From the NCBI GenBank assembly GCA_937935995.1, contig CALGXF010000067.1, forward strand, positions 1-60,505: 60,505 nucleotides of DNA, read 5' to 3'. Position 1 is the first letter of the stretch. Every line of letters starts with the position of its first letter. Both the position numbers and the translations under genes were made by a program. The notes beneath the pieces were generated by a model that was given only the letters and a program-made list of their open reading frames with translations, was not told the DNA's origin and did not search any database. This document shows positions 20,284-29,889 of the stretch, piece after piece. Source of the DNA: an uncultured Alphaproteobacteria bacterium (GTDB lineage Bacteria; Pseudomonadota; Alphaproteobacteria; CAAHEQ01; UBA3637).

Positions 20284-21090
20284 ATGTCACAAATTGGAAT
20301 TGCTTTCGGTTTAACGGTTATCGCGGGATTGTCGACGGGTATCGGCTCGGCGATTGCTTTTTTCACCCGCAAAACGAATACGAAATTTTTATCGATTGCT
20401 CTTGGGTTTTCGGCCGGTGTGATGATTTATGTTTCATTGACGGAAATGTTGCCGCTTGCTCGACAAGGGATTGCAGGGCAGATGCCTGCATCTGCTTCAT
20501 GGATAACATTAGCTTCTTTTTTCGGCGGCATTTTATTAACCGGTGTGATTGATATGTTGATTCCGAATATGGAAAACCCGCACGAATTTCATAAAAATCA
20601 GGGGGCCTTAAATGACATGAAACAAGCGCGTCATCACCCGGCGTCTTTGATGCGCATTGGTGTTTTGACGGCCGCCGCGTTGGCTATCCACAATTTTCCG
20701 GAAGGGTTGGCGACTTTTATTTCGGCATTAACGCAACCGGCCATCGCTTTTTCAATTGCTTTTGCGGTTGCAATTCATAATATTCCGGAAGGCATAGCCG
20801 TATCTGTGCCGATTTATTATGCGACCGGCAGTCGGAAAAAAGCGTTTGTTTATTCTTTTGCTTCCGGGTTAGCCGAACCATTAGGCGCTGTTCTCGGATA
20901 TTTGGTACTGCGTCCGTTTTTAAGCGACACATTATTTGGTATTGTCTTTGCGGGAGTCAGCGGCATCATGGTTTATATTTCGTTTGATGAGCTTTTGCCG
21001 GCCGCTCAAGAATACGGAGAACATCATTTGGCTATTTTGGGGCTTTTTGCCGGCATGCTTGTGATGGCCGTAAGCTTGGCTTTGTTCTAG
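20284..21090 (+). CDS. zupT: ZIP-family zinc transporter ZupT
   Basis: 268 aa. 'AIHNFPEGLA' and 'AIHNIPEGIAV' are ZIP signature helices. Confidence 0.9.
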   Translation: MSQIGIAFGLTVIAGLSTGIGSAIAFFTRKTNTKFLSIALGFSAGVMIYVSLTEMLPLARQGIAGQMPASASWITLASFFGGILLTGVIDMLIPNMENPHEFHKNQGALNDMKQARHHPASLMRIGVLTAAALAIHNFPEGLATFISALTQPAIAFSIAFAVAIHNIPEGIAVSVPIYYATGSRKKAFVYSFASGLAEPLGAVLGYLVLRPFLSDTLFGIVFAGVSGIMVYISFDELLPAAQEYGEHHLAILGLFAGMLVMAVSLALF

Positions 21091-21134
21091 CATTCAAAAC
21101 GACAGAGCGATTAACAAGACTCTTTAAAGACAAA

Positions 21135-23300
21135 CTATTTATGTTCTTTTTTCATATCATTGGCTTGACGAATATATTCAGCCATTTTTTCATCAGAAAA
21201 AGCGCCGCTCACTTGTTCCCCGTTAATGATAAAAATAGGAACGCCGACAGCATTCAGTTTTTGCATATATGCGCGATTGGCATGCAGCTTATTTTTCATT
21301 TCTGCGGAATGAGCATCTTTTTCCAATTGTGTCCCATCCAAACCAAGCGTTTGCCCGATTGCTTTCAATCCGTTTTCACTTTTATCGGTTGCGTTTTGAA
21401 TGGCTTCATGAAATTCAGCAAATTTGCCTTGTTTTCCGGCCGCCAGAGCATATTTGGAAATAATCTCGGAACGTTCCCCGAAAATCGGAGTGTCTATCAA
21501 TATCCAACGGATATTATCAGACTCTTTAACGGCTTGTGCTAATTTGTTATTCATCATCCGGCAGTATCCGCAGTTATAATCAAAGAATTCAATAATGACA
21601 AAATCACCGTCAGGATTGCCTAAAACGGAGTTTGTTTTGTCTGCGATAATTTCATTGACAATCGGGTTGTCAACTTTCTGATGACTTGTTTTGGGCTTTT
21701 CAGAAGGTTTCGCTTGTGTTTCAGACGACTTATGAGCGTCGGCATCAACGACATCCAGGAAAATAAATTGCACGGCGCCATCTTTACCGGGAATAAATTT
21801 CATTGATGAAGACCCTCTGAAGCGATCCGACATCGGTTTTATGATATCTTGAGATGGAATTGTTGCATCAATAATGATGTCAGAACCTGCCGTACGGAAA
21901 GCTGCATCCGTGATATAAGGAATTTTTTCGTTATCCATGATATCTTGACACAGATCGGATTTTGTTCCCTTCGTCGCAGCCATGATAGCGCATCTGGAAA
22001 CGTAATCTAAAATAAGGTTGCTTTGATGCCGTGCCATCGCCATATTGTACCCGTCAAGCACGCCTTTATAGAAAATCGCTGCAAAAGTAGACGGGGGTAA
22101 CGCTTCGATTTCGTTCATAAATGTTTGCAAAGCAACCTGTTGAAACGCACTGTTTTCCTTCATTAAGGAAAGCATTTCCATCGAAGAAATCGGGTCGTCG
22201 GATACATTTTGGATTTGAATATTATTCAATCCGTCTACTTTAAAAATGAAAAAATCAGAGTCGGATTTTCTGTAACCGATTGTTCCTCTTACTGTTTCTG
22301 AAGCCGGTTGAATGAATAATTCATCAATTTTTAATAACGTGCGCCCGTCGGGATCGACCCATTCCACATCTTGAATTTTCCATTGAGAGAATAAAAACAT
22401 GCCGAAAAAGTTAGTCAAACTTTCTTCATATTCTTTTTCCGTTTGAATATCTTTCAGCGTTTGGGCAAAGGAAGCAAAAATAGGAAGATTTGTGTCAACG
22501 GTAAAGGAAAGCATTTTTGCGCCGGATTTCGGGTAACGCATATCAACAAGTGTTTTCGCATTTTGTTGAGTCGCTGAAATGATAACCTTTCCATCCGGGT
22601 TATAAAATTTCCAAGAAGAACCGTCTGTCTGATAAGCGGATAAAAGGTGTAAAGAACCTTCAAATACGGCATTTGGTTTGTCTCCGAAGGTTAAAGTATT
22701 TACATGTGTTATTTTTATGTCTTTAAGAAAATTAAAAATATGATCTTCGGTTATTTCCGGGAAAGCAAGGAAAAGAGAGCTAAAGTCAGCATCTTTCAAT
22801 TTAATTTTGGAAATAGGCGTATCTTCAGTGTTTAGGAAAGATACGGTCATATCATTTTGGGGGGATATGTCGATAAGAGCCTTCCGGACGGTATTGTATT
22901 TCAAGATTTCTTCAGACAGGTTCAGTGAAGCGAGGCTTTGGTAAAGTTGGGATACCTTGTTGTTGTCATCAAGGTTAACTTGTATTTGTGATTTTTGTGT
23001 GAAGTTAGGGTAATGAAAGCCCCCTTTGAATGAAATATTTTCGTCTTCAACTTCTTGGATTTCGATACATTTCAACAAAGCCACTGTTTTTGAATCTGAG
23101 TCGGGGCGTGCTTCGATATTTTTTAGTTCTTGTTCTGAACATAGGATACGTCCCTTTGCCCCTGATTTGCTCGTAAAGGTTTTATTTTCCAAAAGCATGA
23201 GATCGATTAGAGACATTATGTCCGATCTTTGAGCAAGACATTCTGTCGAACCGAAAAGAAAGCACCCAAGTAACGAAGTTAAGATAATTTTTTTAAACAT
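21135..23300 (-). CDS. Secreted protein with a ~540-aa unknown N-terminal region fused to a C-terminal DsbA-like thioredoxin domain
   Basis: 721 aa with a signal peptide. The C-terminal 'IIEFFDYNCGYCRMM' carries the CxxC motif, and 'GVPIFIINGEQVSGA' is typical of DsbA-family oxidoreductases. Confidence 0.75.
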   Translation of the reverse strand: MFKKIILTSLLGCFLFGSTECLAQRSDIMSLIDLMLLENKTFTSKSGAKGRILCSEQELKNIEARPDSDSKTVALLKCIEIQEVEDENISFKGGFHYPNFTQKSQIQVNLDDNNKVSQLYQSLASLNLSEEILKYNTVRKALIDISPQNDMTVSFLNTEDTPISKIKLKDADFSSLFLAFPEITEDHIFNFLKDIKITHVNTLTFGDKPNAVFEGSLHLLSAYQTDGSSWKFYNPDGKVIISATQQNAKTLVDMRYPKSGAKMLSFTVDTNLPIFASFAQTLKDIQTEKEYEESLTNFFGMFLFSQWKIQDVEWVDPDGRTLLKIDELFIQPASETVRGTIGYRKSDSDFFIFKVDGLNNIQIQNVSDDPISSMEMLSLMKENSAFQQVALQTFMNEIEALPPSTFAAIFYKGVLDGYNMAMARHQSNLILDYVSRCAIMAATKGTKSDLCQDIMDNEKIPYITDAAFRTAGSDIIIDATIPSQDIIKPMSDRFRGSSSMKFIPGKDGAVQFIFLDVVDADAHKSSETQAKPSEKPKTSHQKVDNPIVNEIIADKTNSVLGNPDGDFVIIEFFDYNCGYCRMMNNKLAQAVKESDNIRWILIDTPIFGERSEIISKYALAAGKQGKFAEFHEAIQNATDKSENGLKAIGQTLGLDGTQLEKDAHSAEMKNKLHANRAYMQKLNAVGVPIFIINGEQVSGAFSDEKMAEYIRQANDMKKEHK

Positions 23301-23438
23301 ATTTCCTCCAAATTAATTATAAAGCATAATATAGTAGGAAATAATTTTAATTACAATACAAAAAATGGGGGGATATCCATGACTTGACGTGGGCGTCTGT
23401 TGATTGTCAGATAGGCGTTTTTTATTGGTCAATACTCA

Positions 23439-24839
23439 TTAGGGATTGGCATTAAAAAAGGACATGAGGATTAAGAGTGTCAACAAAAGCGGCGCTGTTA
23501 TTTGAAGCGTCCTTTTTAAATAAGATCTGAACAACCGACCGGCTGAAGAGCCTCTTCTGAAGTTGCGCCAAATCGGGACAAAACCGACCCATCCCATGAA
23601 TAAACAACAAACAATCATGGTCAAACACAGCGAAACGGAACCGGTTATCCAATCGAATGCATTGAATAAGTTATGTCCGAGTAAATGCCATGAAATTTTT
23701 CCGCTCAAAGAGGCGAGGGCGATTGTGAAAAGGCAAACATTCAGGCCGGCCGTCAGGATAGTTGCTTTGGTTCGTGTCAGGTTGAATTTATCCATGAAGA
23801 GGGCTGTTAACGGTTCATAAATCGAAATAAGAGAGGTTAGTGCGGCAATAAATAAGAGTAGATAAAATAAAAAAGCCCAAAAAGCGCCACCCCACATATT
23901 TTCAAAAACATAGGGCAAGGTGATAAAAGTTAGCCCGGCACCGGTTGACGGTTCTAATCCGAAAGCAAATACGGCCGGCAGAACAATCAATCCGGCCAGC
24001 ATGGAAACCAAAAGATCCAATCCGACAATCCATCCGGCGTCTTTTTTTAAATCGTTTGTGTTTGCCAGATAAGAGCCGTATGTGAACATAACCCCCATGC
24101 CCAAAGACAACGAATAAAAAGATTGTCCTACCGCCGCCAAAAGGACTTTTGAAAAAAGTTTTAAATGGATGCCGTCTGGCGTAAAGCCGATAGCTGCCCA
24201 ATTCGGCGTTAAAAAGAATGCAATGCCTTTTTCGGCTCCCGGCAATAAAAGAATGCGGACAAGCATAATGATTAAAAGAGCGAATAAAATCGGCATCAAC
24301 CATAAAGCGACACGTTCAATTCCTTTTTTGACGCCTCTGGAAATAACGATGGTTGTCAGCACAATACATAAACTTCCCCAAAAAAATTGAGTCGTAAAGG
24401 TATTGGTCAGGTATTGAAAACCGGTTTGAGCGTCAATTGATTTTTCGACTCCCGTTAAAGCTTGAAAAGCGGCAAACGTATAAAATAAAGTCCAACCGAT
24501 GACAATGACATAAACGCTGCTGATGGCAATACCGTTGAAAAGAACCAATGCGCCGCCTATGCGTCCCCAGAAAGGGGAAATCCGCTTACCCATTTTGTCC
24601 CCAATGCTTTGAAAGCCATCCATGACGTTTGTTTTAGCGGCTCGACCGAAAGCTAATTTGCCGACCAACATGAAATAACCTAATCCGAAAACGCAGCATA
24701 AGTAAATGATAAGAAATGAACATCCTCCGTTTTGCCCGACGAGATAAGGGAAACGCCAGATATTTCCTAAACCGATAGCCGATCCGGCGGTAGCTAAAAC
24801 AAATCCTAATCGAGAACTCCAGTGAGCGCGAGATGCCAT
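23439..24839 (-). CDS. Sodium-dependent transporter, SNF (neurotransmitter:sodium symporter) family
   Basis: 'WSSRLGFVLATAGSAIGLGNIWRFPY' is the SNF signature. Trimmed to the ATG at 24839, which is preceded by a GAGGAAG RBS. Confidence 0.9.
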   Translation of the reverse strand: MASRAHWSSRLGFVLATAGSAIGLGNIWRFPYLVGQNGGCSFLIIYLCCVFGLGYFMLVGKLAFGRAAKTNVMDGFQSIGDKMGKRISPFWGRIGGALVLFNGIAISSVYVIVIGWTLFYTFAAFQALTGVEKSIDAQTGFQYLTNTFTTQFFWGSLCIVLTTIVISRGVKKGIERVALWLMPILFALLIIMLVRILLLPGAEKGIAFFLTPNWAAIGFTPDGIHLKLFSKVLLAAVGQSFYSLSLGMGVMFTYGSYLANTNDLKKDAGWIVGLDLLVSMLAGLIVLPAVFAFGLEPSTGAGLTFITLPYVFENMWGGAFWAFLFYLLLFIAALTSLISIYEPLTALFMDKFNLTRTKATILTAGLNVCLFTIALASLSGKISWHLLGHNLFNAFDWITGSVSLCLTMIVCCLFMGWVGFVPIWRNFRRGSSAGRLFRSYLKRTLQITAPLLLTLLILMSFFNANP

Positions 24840-25125
24840 TTTTTCTTCCTCTTCATAAAAGGCTATCCTAATGGGTAGTTGAATAAATTGCAATGGTTTT
24901 GTCAAAATGCTCGGTGAATACCGATGCGTAAAAGCAGTTACCTTTTTATTTTCACTAACCAATTTATGAAGTTGCCATTCAGCGGATTTTTGACTTGCTT
25001 TCAGTGCTTGATATAATTATAAACCGCATTATTCTTAAAAATGTGTTAGAAATATGTTGAATTTTTAGATTAATTCTGGAAGTATAATAAAGTTTAAAAA
25101 ACATTAAAAAGAAATAAGGAATAGA

Positions 25126-25464
25126 ATGATACGCTTTTCTTCTATTATTGATGACATCGCTTTCCAAAAAATAAAGACAGGAAAAAAGCGTGTTAAATTT
25201 TTTCTTTGTGATAAAAAACGAGCCGATTTAGGTATTGGTGATCAATTTTATCTGATAAATCGTACAAATGACTCTATTCTGGTAACTGTTGAACAAATTT
25301 TAATCTCTTCAAATCTTGAGAAATTAGTGTTAAAATTTCCATTACAATTTTTAGGTGAAAGCGATTATAATGTGGCAGTTGAAAATCTTAAGCAATGGTT
25401 TTCCGATGAAAATATAGAAAAATATTCGGTTATGGGAGTATTAATAAAAATTGAAAAGGCATGA
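25126..25464 (+). CDS. ASCH (PUA-like) domain protein
   Basis: 112 aa. 'FQKIKTGKKRVKFFLCDKKRADLGIGDQFYLI' fits the ASCH beta-barrel N-terminal pattern (GxKxxExR-like, then GD). Confidence 0.55.
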   Translation: MIRFSSIIDDIAFQKIKTGKKRVKFFLCDKKRADLGIGDQFYLINRTNDSILVTVEQILISSNLEKLVLKFPLQFLGESDYNVAVENLKQWFSDENIEKYSVMGVLIKIEKA

Positions 25465-26053
25465 AATACATTTTATTACATCAAATCAGGGAAAGATTAA
25501 GTCTCTAGAAAATACCCTAAAATTACAAAATATTGATGTTACCGTCTTGGCTAAAAATCTGGATATCATGGAACCTCAGTTTGACAGCGTGCAAGAGGTT
25601 TCAAAATTTAAGGCCGAAACAGCTTTTAAAATTATTAAAGCTCCTGTTTTGGTTGAAGACGGTGGTTTTTCAGTCTTCTCTCTTAACGGTTTTCCCGGGG
25701 TTTATACTAAATATGTTCTTAAAACTTTGGGTGCTGACGGAATTTTGCGTTTAATGCAGGGAAACAACGACCGGCGGGCAAAGTTTATCAGCGTTGCAAC
25801 ATACGTTAACGAAGAAGGCAAAGTTTTTCAGTTTGAGCGAGAGGGCGGCGAATTTGAGATTTCTGAAAACAAGGTGGATAAACAATCTCCATTTGCCTGG
25901 TCTGAACTTTGGAAGATTATTTATTTACAGGAATATGGGAAAAACCTATGTGAACTGTCAGAACAAGAAGTTTCCGAATATTATGGAAGTATTGGCGCTA
26001 ACGGCAGTATTCAGAAATTTGTAAAATGGTATGCAGATGAGTACAGAAGATAG
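25451..26053 (+). CDS. HAM1/RdgB-family non-canonical NTP pyrophosphatase (ITPase-like)
   Basis: 200 aa with a TTG start overlapping the upstream gene. Motifs are 'FITSNQGKIKS' and 'LVEDGGFSVFSLNGFPGVYTKYV'. Confidence 0.75.
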   Translation: MKRHEIHFITSNQGKIKSLENTLKLQNIDVTVLAKNLDIMEPQFDSVQEVSKFKAETAFKIIKAPVLVEDGGFSVFSLNGFPGVYTKYVLKTLGADGILRLMQGNNDRRAKFISVATYVNEEGKVFQFEREGGEFEISENKVDKQSPFAWSELWKIIYLQEYGKNLCELSEQEVSEYYGSIGANGSIQKFVKWYADEYRR

Positions 26054-26915
26054 CTTATTATTTTGCGGCAATTCCTCAATTGACCGTATTATAACACCAA
26101 CCGGAACAAGGAATGTTCTTGGGGGAAGTGCCTGTAACTCTGCAGTAGCGGCTCTGCTTTCAGGAAAGAAAAACATTTCCTTACTTAGCAGTGTTGGATA
26201 TGATTTTCCCATAGATACATTAGACAAACTAGGTATAGATGTTTCTCATACGAAAATTTATGACAGATGTTCTAATATTTTCATCATGGATGAAATAAAT
26301 AATCGGATTTCATTATTTAATCCCGAATATTTACCTATAAAAATCCCAGAATATTCGAATGTAAAGCATCTTCATGTGTCCTGTCGCAAAGGAGTCCCTT
26401 TTCAGGAGGCTTTTCAAAAGATAAATGCAGAAACTTATTCTTTGGATGTTATGTGGTCAAGCGTCAAGGATTTTTTGCCAGAACTGTCGGATTGTCTTAC
26501 AAAAGCGGACTTTTTATTTTGCAATGATGATGAATATAATATTCTATGTAAAAATAATATAAACAATCATTTTTCGGATAATTTGAATATTTTTATTACC
26601 GATAAAACAGGCGTCACTTACCAAAAAGGTAAATATAAAAGACATTTCCAAACGGTTAAAGTTTCGCCAATTATTAGTATGGTAGGTGCCGGAGATACAT
26701 TTCTAGGCGGCTTTTTATCTTATTATGACGGAAAAAATATAGATAGTGCCGTCTATAAGGGCTTGGCTATGGCTTCAACCTCTATACAGGACTTTGGAAA
26801 TTTGCATATTTTAAATAAAGCTTCTGATATAGACCTGCTTAGGGAACAAATTGAGAGAATGAATACAAATGAAACCAGACTTGCTATTTATCATCGGTCC
26901 CTCATGCAGCGGTAA
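26031..26915 (+). CDS. PfkB/ribokinase-superfamily kinase
   Basis: 294 aa. Motifs are the N-terminal 'LGGSACNSAVAA' and the C-terminal 'VGAGDTFLGGFL' anion-hole motif. Confidence 0.75.
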   Translation: MQMSTEDSLLFCGNSSIDRIITPTGTRNVLGGSACNSAVAALLSGKKNISLLSSVGYDFPIDTLDKLGIDVSHTKIYDRCSNIFIMDEINNRISLFNPEYLPIKIPEYSNVKHLHVSCRKGVPFQEAFQKINAETYSLDVMWSSVKDFLPELSDCLTKADFLFCNDDEYNILCKNNINNHFSDNLNIFITDKTGVTYQKGKYKRHFQTVKVSPIISMVGAGDTFLGGFLSYYDGKNIDSAVYKGLAMASTSIQDFGNLHILNKASDIDLLREQIERMNTNETRLAIYHRSLMQR

Positions 26916-27603
26916 ATCATCTATGGCAAATGTAATCTGGCAGCAGGATCCGTCTTATCAGTTGCTGGATGATGTTACGCCGTTATACCAAATCTTTCAT
27001 GCTGATGAATTATTACATGAAAAGAGAGAGAATGATTTTTACAAATTTATCAGTGAGAATAATCTTACAGCCTATTATGATACAAAAAGCCCGGTTGTTT
27101 ACAGTATTCCAAATCATGCGGGAGGTTATCAAATTTTGAATCCGGCCGTTTGGAATATCGTTTTATCAATATTGGGAACGCAGATTGGAACTGCAAAATG
27201 CATTATTGAATTTTCCCGTGGCAGTGATCACAAGTATAATCAAATGTTTAATGTCCCAGACGATGCTGTTTATAAAAAGTCTTTTGACTGTCTATGCGCG
27301 GACATTTCCCAAACTTTGTTAAATAAAGCAATGATTATTGACATAAATGCTCCCTTGGATATTCGAAAACAAAGGAATATTGTTCGTTTTCATAACGGAG
27401 GACATTTGGTTTCTGAAAAAACAATGGATACGGTTTACAAACAAGATGTCTTTTTATGTGGCAGCGCACAGAGCGTTAATATAAAAGGGTGTGAAATCCC
27501 GGTGTTTTTTATAAAAAATGATATGAATTCAGCAAATATGGATGTTTTTCTTATTCAAGAGTTCAAAAAGTCTTTAAATTATTATCGGAGCGTCAAGAAA
27601 TGA
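26869..27603 (+). CDS. P-loop kinase-like protein
   Basis: 244 aa with Walker A 'GPSCSGKS' at the N-terminus. The substrate is unknown. Confidence 0.55.
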   Translation: MKPDLLFIIGPSCSGKSSMANVIWQQDPSYQLLDDVTPLYQIFHADELLHEKRENDFYKFISENNLTAYYDTKSPVVYSIPNHAGGYQILNPAVWNIVLSILGTQIGTAKCIIEFSRGSDHKYNQMFNVPDDAVYKKSFDCLCADISQTLLNKAMIIDINAPLDIRKQRNIVRFHNGGHLVSEKTMDTVYKQDVFLCGSAQSVNIKGCEIPVFFIKNDMNSANMDVFLIQEFKKSLNYYRSVKK

Positions 27604-29105
27604 CTTATAATAAAACCGTAATTTTAGATTGTTACACAGATGAACCGTCCGGTTACGGTGTCCGCCCATATTTAGGAACACACCAAATTCATCTGGCCCA
27701 GGCACTCAGCTATAAACAAGAACCTTTTTCTTACCTGACTATTGATGATTTGAGATATTGTTCCGGAGAAAAAGAAACTAAAGACACAAATATTAGAATT
27801 CTTAACAGGACAGTCAATGCTTCTAACGCTTTAGACATTATAAATAATGCCGATACCGTTTATATTGTTATGGGGTGTTTTGTAGAATACAAATATTTTT
27901 CCTGCGTTCCGCCGCTAATTGATGAATTATACCAATTTTTGAAAAACAGCCGGGCATATAAAATTCTTTTTTATGTTTTGGGTATTGATAACAATATTTG
28001 TGACGATTATAAACGCTCAAACTTGGCTAAGATTATTGACAAAGTCTGCATTGGCAACACATACCGCTTTATTTTAGAAAACTCTGTTTCAGACAATTAT
28101 TTACTCCCGAATTATGACCTTTTGGACAAGATTTCTGAACAACCTGTTAAAATTATCGAACAGTTAGCATATCCGATTTTGGCTGAGATTGAAACCGGAA
28201 CCGGTTGCAATACGCCGACCTGCAGCTATTGTATTGAAGCAAAACGGCATATTCGTCCGACTTACAGAGAACCGGCATCTATCATCAAACAAATAAAAGC
28301 TCTTTATGGCAGCGGGGTATGTCACTTCAGATTGGGACGGCAACCTAATTTCTTTCATTATCAATATAATAATGTTGAAAAGCTGAAGGAATTATTGTCA
28401 GGCATTCGCTCTGAGTGCTCCAGTCTCCAAACGCTGCATATTGACAATGTTAATATGAACAGCGTGACAGAGCCTCACGGGCGCGATTTTGTAAAGCTTG
28501 TCGTTCAATATTGTACGGATGGAAATGTTGCTCCCTTCGGTATTGAATCTTTTGATGACGATGTCCGAAAGGACACTCATATTTTTGGTAGAGCCGACAA
28601 GATTATCAAAGCAATAGAAATTATTAACGAGTATGGTGCTGAAGTCGGAAGCAACGGATTTCCCAAATTTTTGCCCGGTATAAATTTAATGTACGGTCTG
28701 CCAGGACAAACAGAAAAAACACATACTATTAATATGAATTATTTGCGTCAAATTTATGAAAAAGGTTTGCAAACACATCGTTTATTTTATAGATATATGA
28801 CACCGGCTCAGGGCGTTATCGTTAAAAACACAGAAAAGGACTTGATCCATTATAACAAGAATAAACAGGAAATCATGGACAGTTTTGTTATGCCAATGCA
28901 GCAACGCGTTTATCCTGCCGGACGAATACTAAAAAATTTTAGAGAGGTTGTTATTGAAAGCGGTCATTCCTTATTAAGAACTTTGGGCACGTGTTCAATA
29001 AAAGCTCAAATAGAAAATTTACAGTTAACACCTTATTCTACTTATGATATAAGGGTTGTAGATTCCCTTGAACCTAAATTACTAAAAGCCGAATTGGCAG
29101 GATGA
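27600..29105 (+). CDS. Radical SAM-like enzyme with an atypical CX4CX2C cluster motif
   Basis: 501 aa. 'ETGTGCNTPTCSYCIEAKR' is encoded at 28206-28232, and 'GINLMYGLPGQTEKT' is typical of the radical SAM core. The protein also has a ~190-aa N-terminal domain and a beta-rich C-terminal segment. Confidence 0.7.
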   Translation: MTYNKTVILDCYTDEPSGYGVRPYLGTHQIHLAQALSYKQEPFSYLTIDDLRYCSGEKETKDTNIRILNRTVNASNALDIINNADTVYIVMGCFVEYKYFSCVPPLIDELYQFLKNSRAYKILFYVLGIDNNICDDYKRSNLAKIIDKVCIGNTYRFILENSVSDNYLLPNYDLLDKISEQPVKIIEQLAYPILAEIETGTGCNTPTCSYCIEAKRHIRPTYREPASIIKQIKALYGSGVCHFRLGRQPNFFHYQYNNVEKLKELLSGIRSECSSLQTLHIDNVNMNSVTEPHGRDFVKLVVQYCTDGNVAPFGIESFDDDVRKDTHIFGRADKIIKAIEIINEYGAEVGSNGFPKFLPGINLMYGLPGQTEKTHTINMNYLRQIYEKGLQTHRLFYRYMTPAQGVIVKNTEKDLIHYNKNKQEIMDSFVMPMQQRVYPAGRILKNFREVVIESGHSLLRTLGTCSIKAQIENLQLTPYSTYDIRVVDSLEPKLLKAELAG

Positions 29106-29112
29106 GTGCTAC

Positions 29113-29889
29113 ATGCAAGAAAATGAAAAATTAAAAGCCATTGAGATCATGGCATCACAGGATGACGTAAAAAAAGCAGTTATTAACTCTCATGACAATA
29201 ATCCTTGGTGGCCTAAAGACGTATCTGACTGGAGAATGAAAATGCTCGTAGCCGGGCTTAGTACCCGTGTTTCATTCCGTATGTTGGGCAGTTACACCAA
29301 AACAATCGGCAATTTTCTAAGCCATTCTTATGAAGAAATAGCTCAAACCTCCGATGATGATTTAAAAACAATGTTAAAGCCTTTGGGCTTGCCGGATGCT
29401 AGAATCCGTTTTGTCAGAAGTATGAGCACTTACATAGATGCAAACCTTAAAAATAAAGATATTCAAAACGTATCCAACCTTGATCTTATTGCCGACATTG
29501 CCAAAAATGTAGACGGAGCTTCGTATAAAGTCGGACAATGCTGCGTTTTGTATGCTAAAGGGTATTACTGCGGGATTATGCCCGTAGACAGCGGAATGAA
29601 AGATATGTTGGCACCATGCATGGGATATAAATCAGGAAAAACACCCTTTGCCCATGAAGTTGTCAGAGAGCAGCTTGAAGAATTTGCCAAATCGTATGAC
29701 TGGCTTCAAATTGCCCAGAAATGCGGTTATGACAGCAAAATAAAACTTCCCGAGGATAAACCTTTAACCTGGTGGCTTCATTTGGTTATGATCAACTACA
29801 AACGTCATTTTTGCAACAATCATAAGCCCAATGAGTGTCCTTTAGTTAAAGCCGGGTTATCTCTTACAAAAGGATGCAGCCGTGAATGA
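29113..29889 (+). CDS. HhH-GPD superfamily-like protein (endonuclease III/AlkA fold)
   Basis: 258 aa. The pattern 'LVAGLSTRVSFRM', 'LKPLGLPDARIRFVRSM' and 'GASYKVGQCCVLYAKGYYCGIMPVDSGMKDM' parallels the EndoIII helices, the HhH motif and the catalytic Asp region. The call is a motif-level inference only. Confidence 0.45.
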   Translation: MQENEKLKAIEIMASQDDVKKAVINSHDNNPWWPKDVSDWRMKMLVAGLSTRVSFRMLGSYTKTIGNFLSHSYEEIAQTSDDDLKTMLKPLGLPDARIRFVRSMSTYIDANLKNKDIQNVSNLDLIADIAKNVDGASYKVGQCCVLYAKGYYCGIMPVDSGMKDMLAPCMGYKSGKTPFAHEVVREQLEEFAKSYDWLQIAQKCGYDSKIKLPEDKPLTWWLHLVMINYKRHFCNNHKPNECPLVKAGLSLTKGCSRE

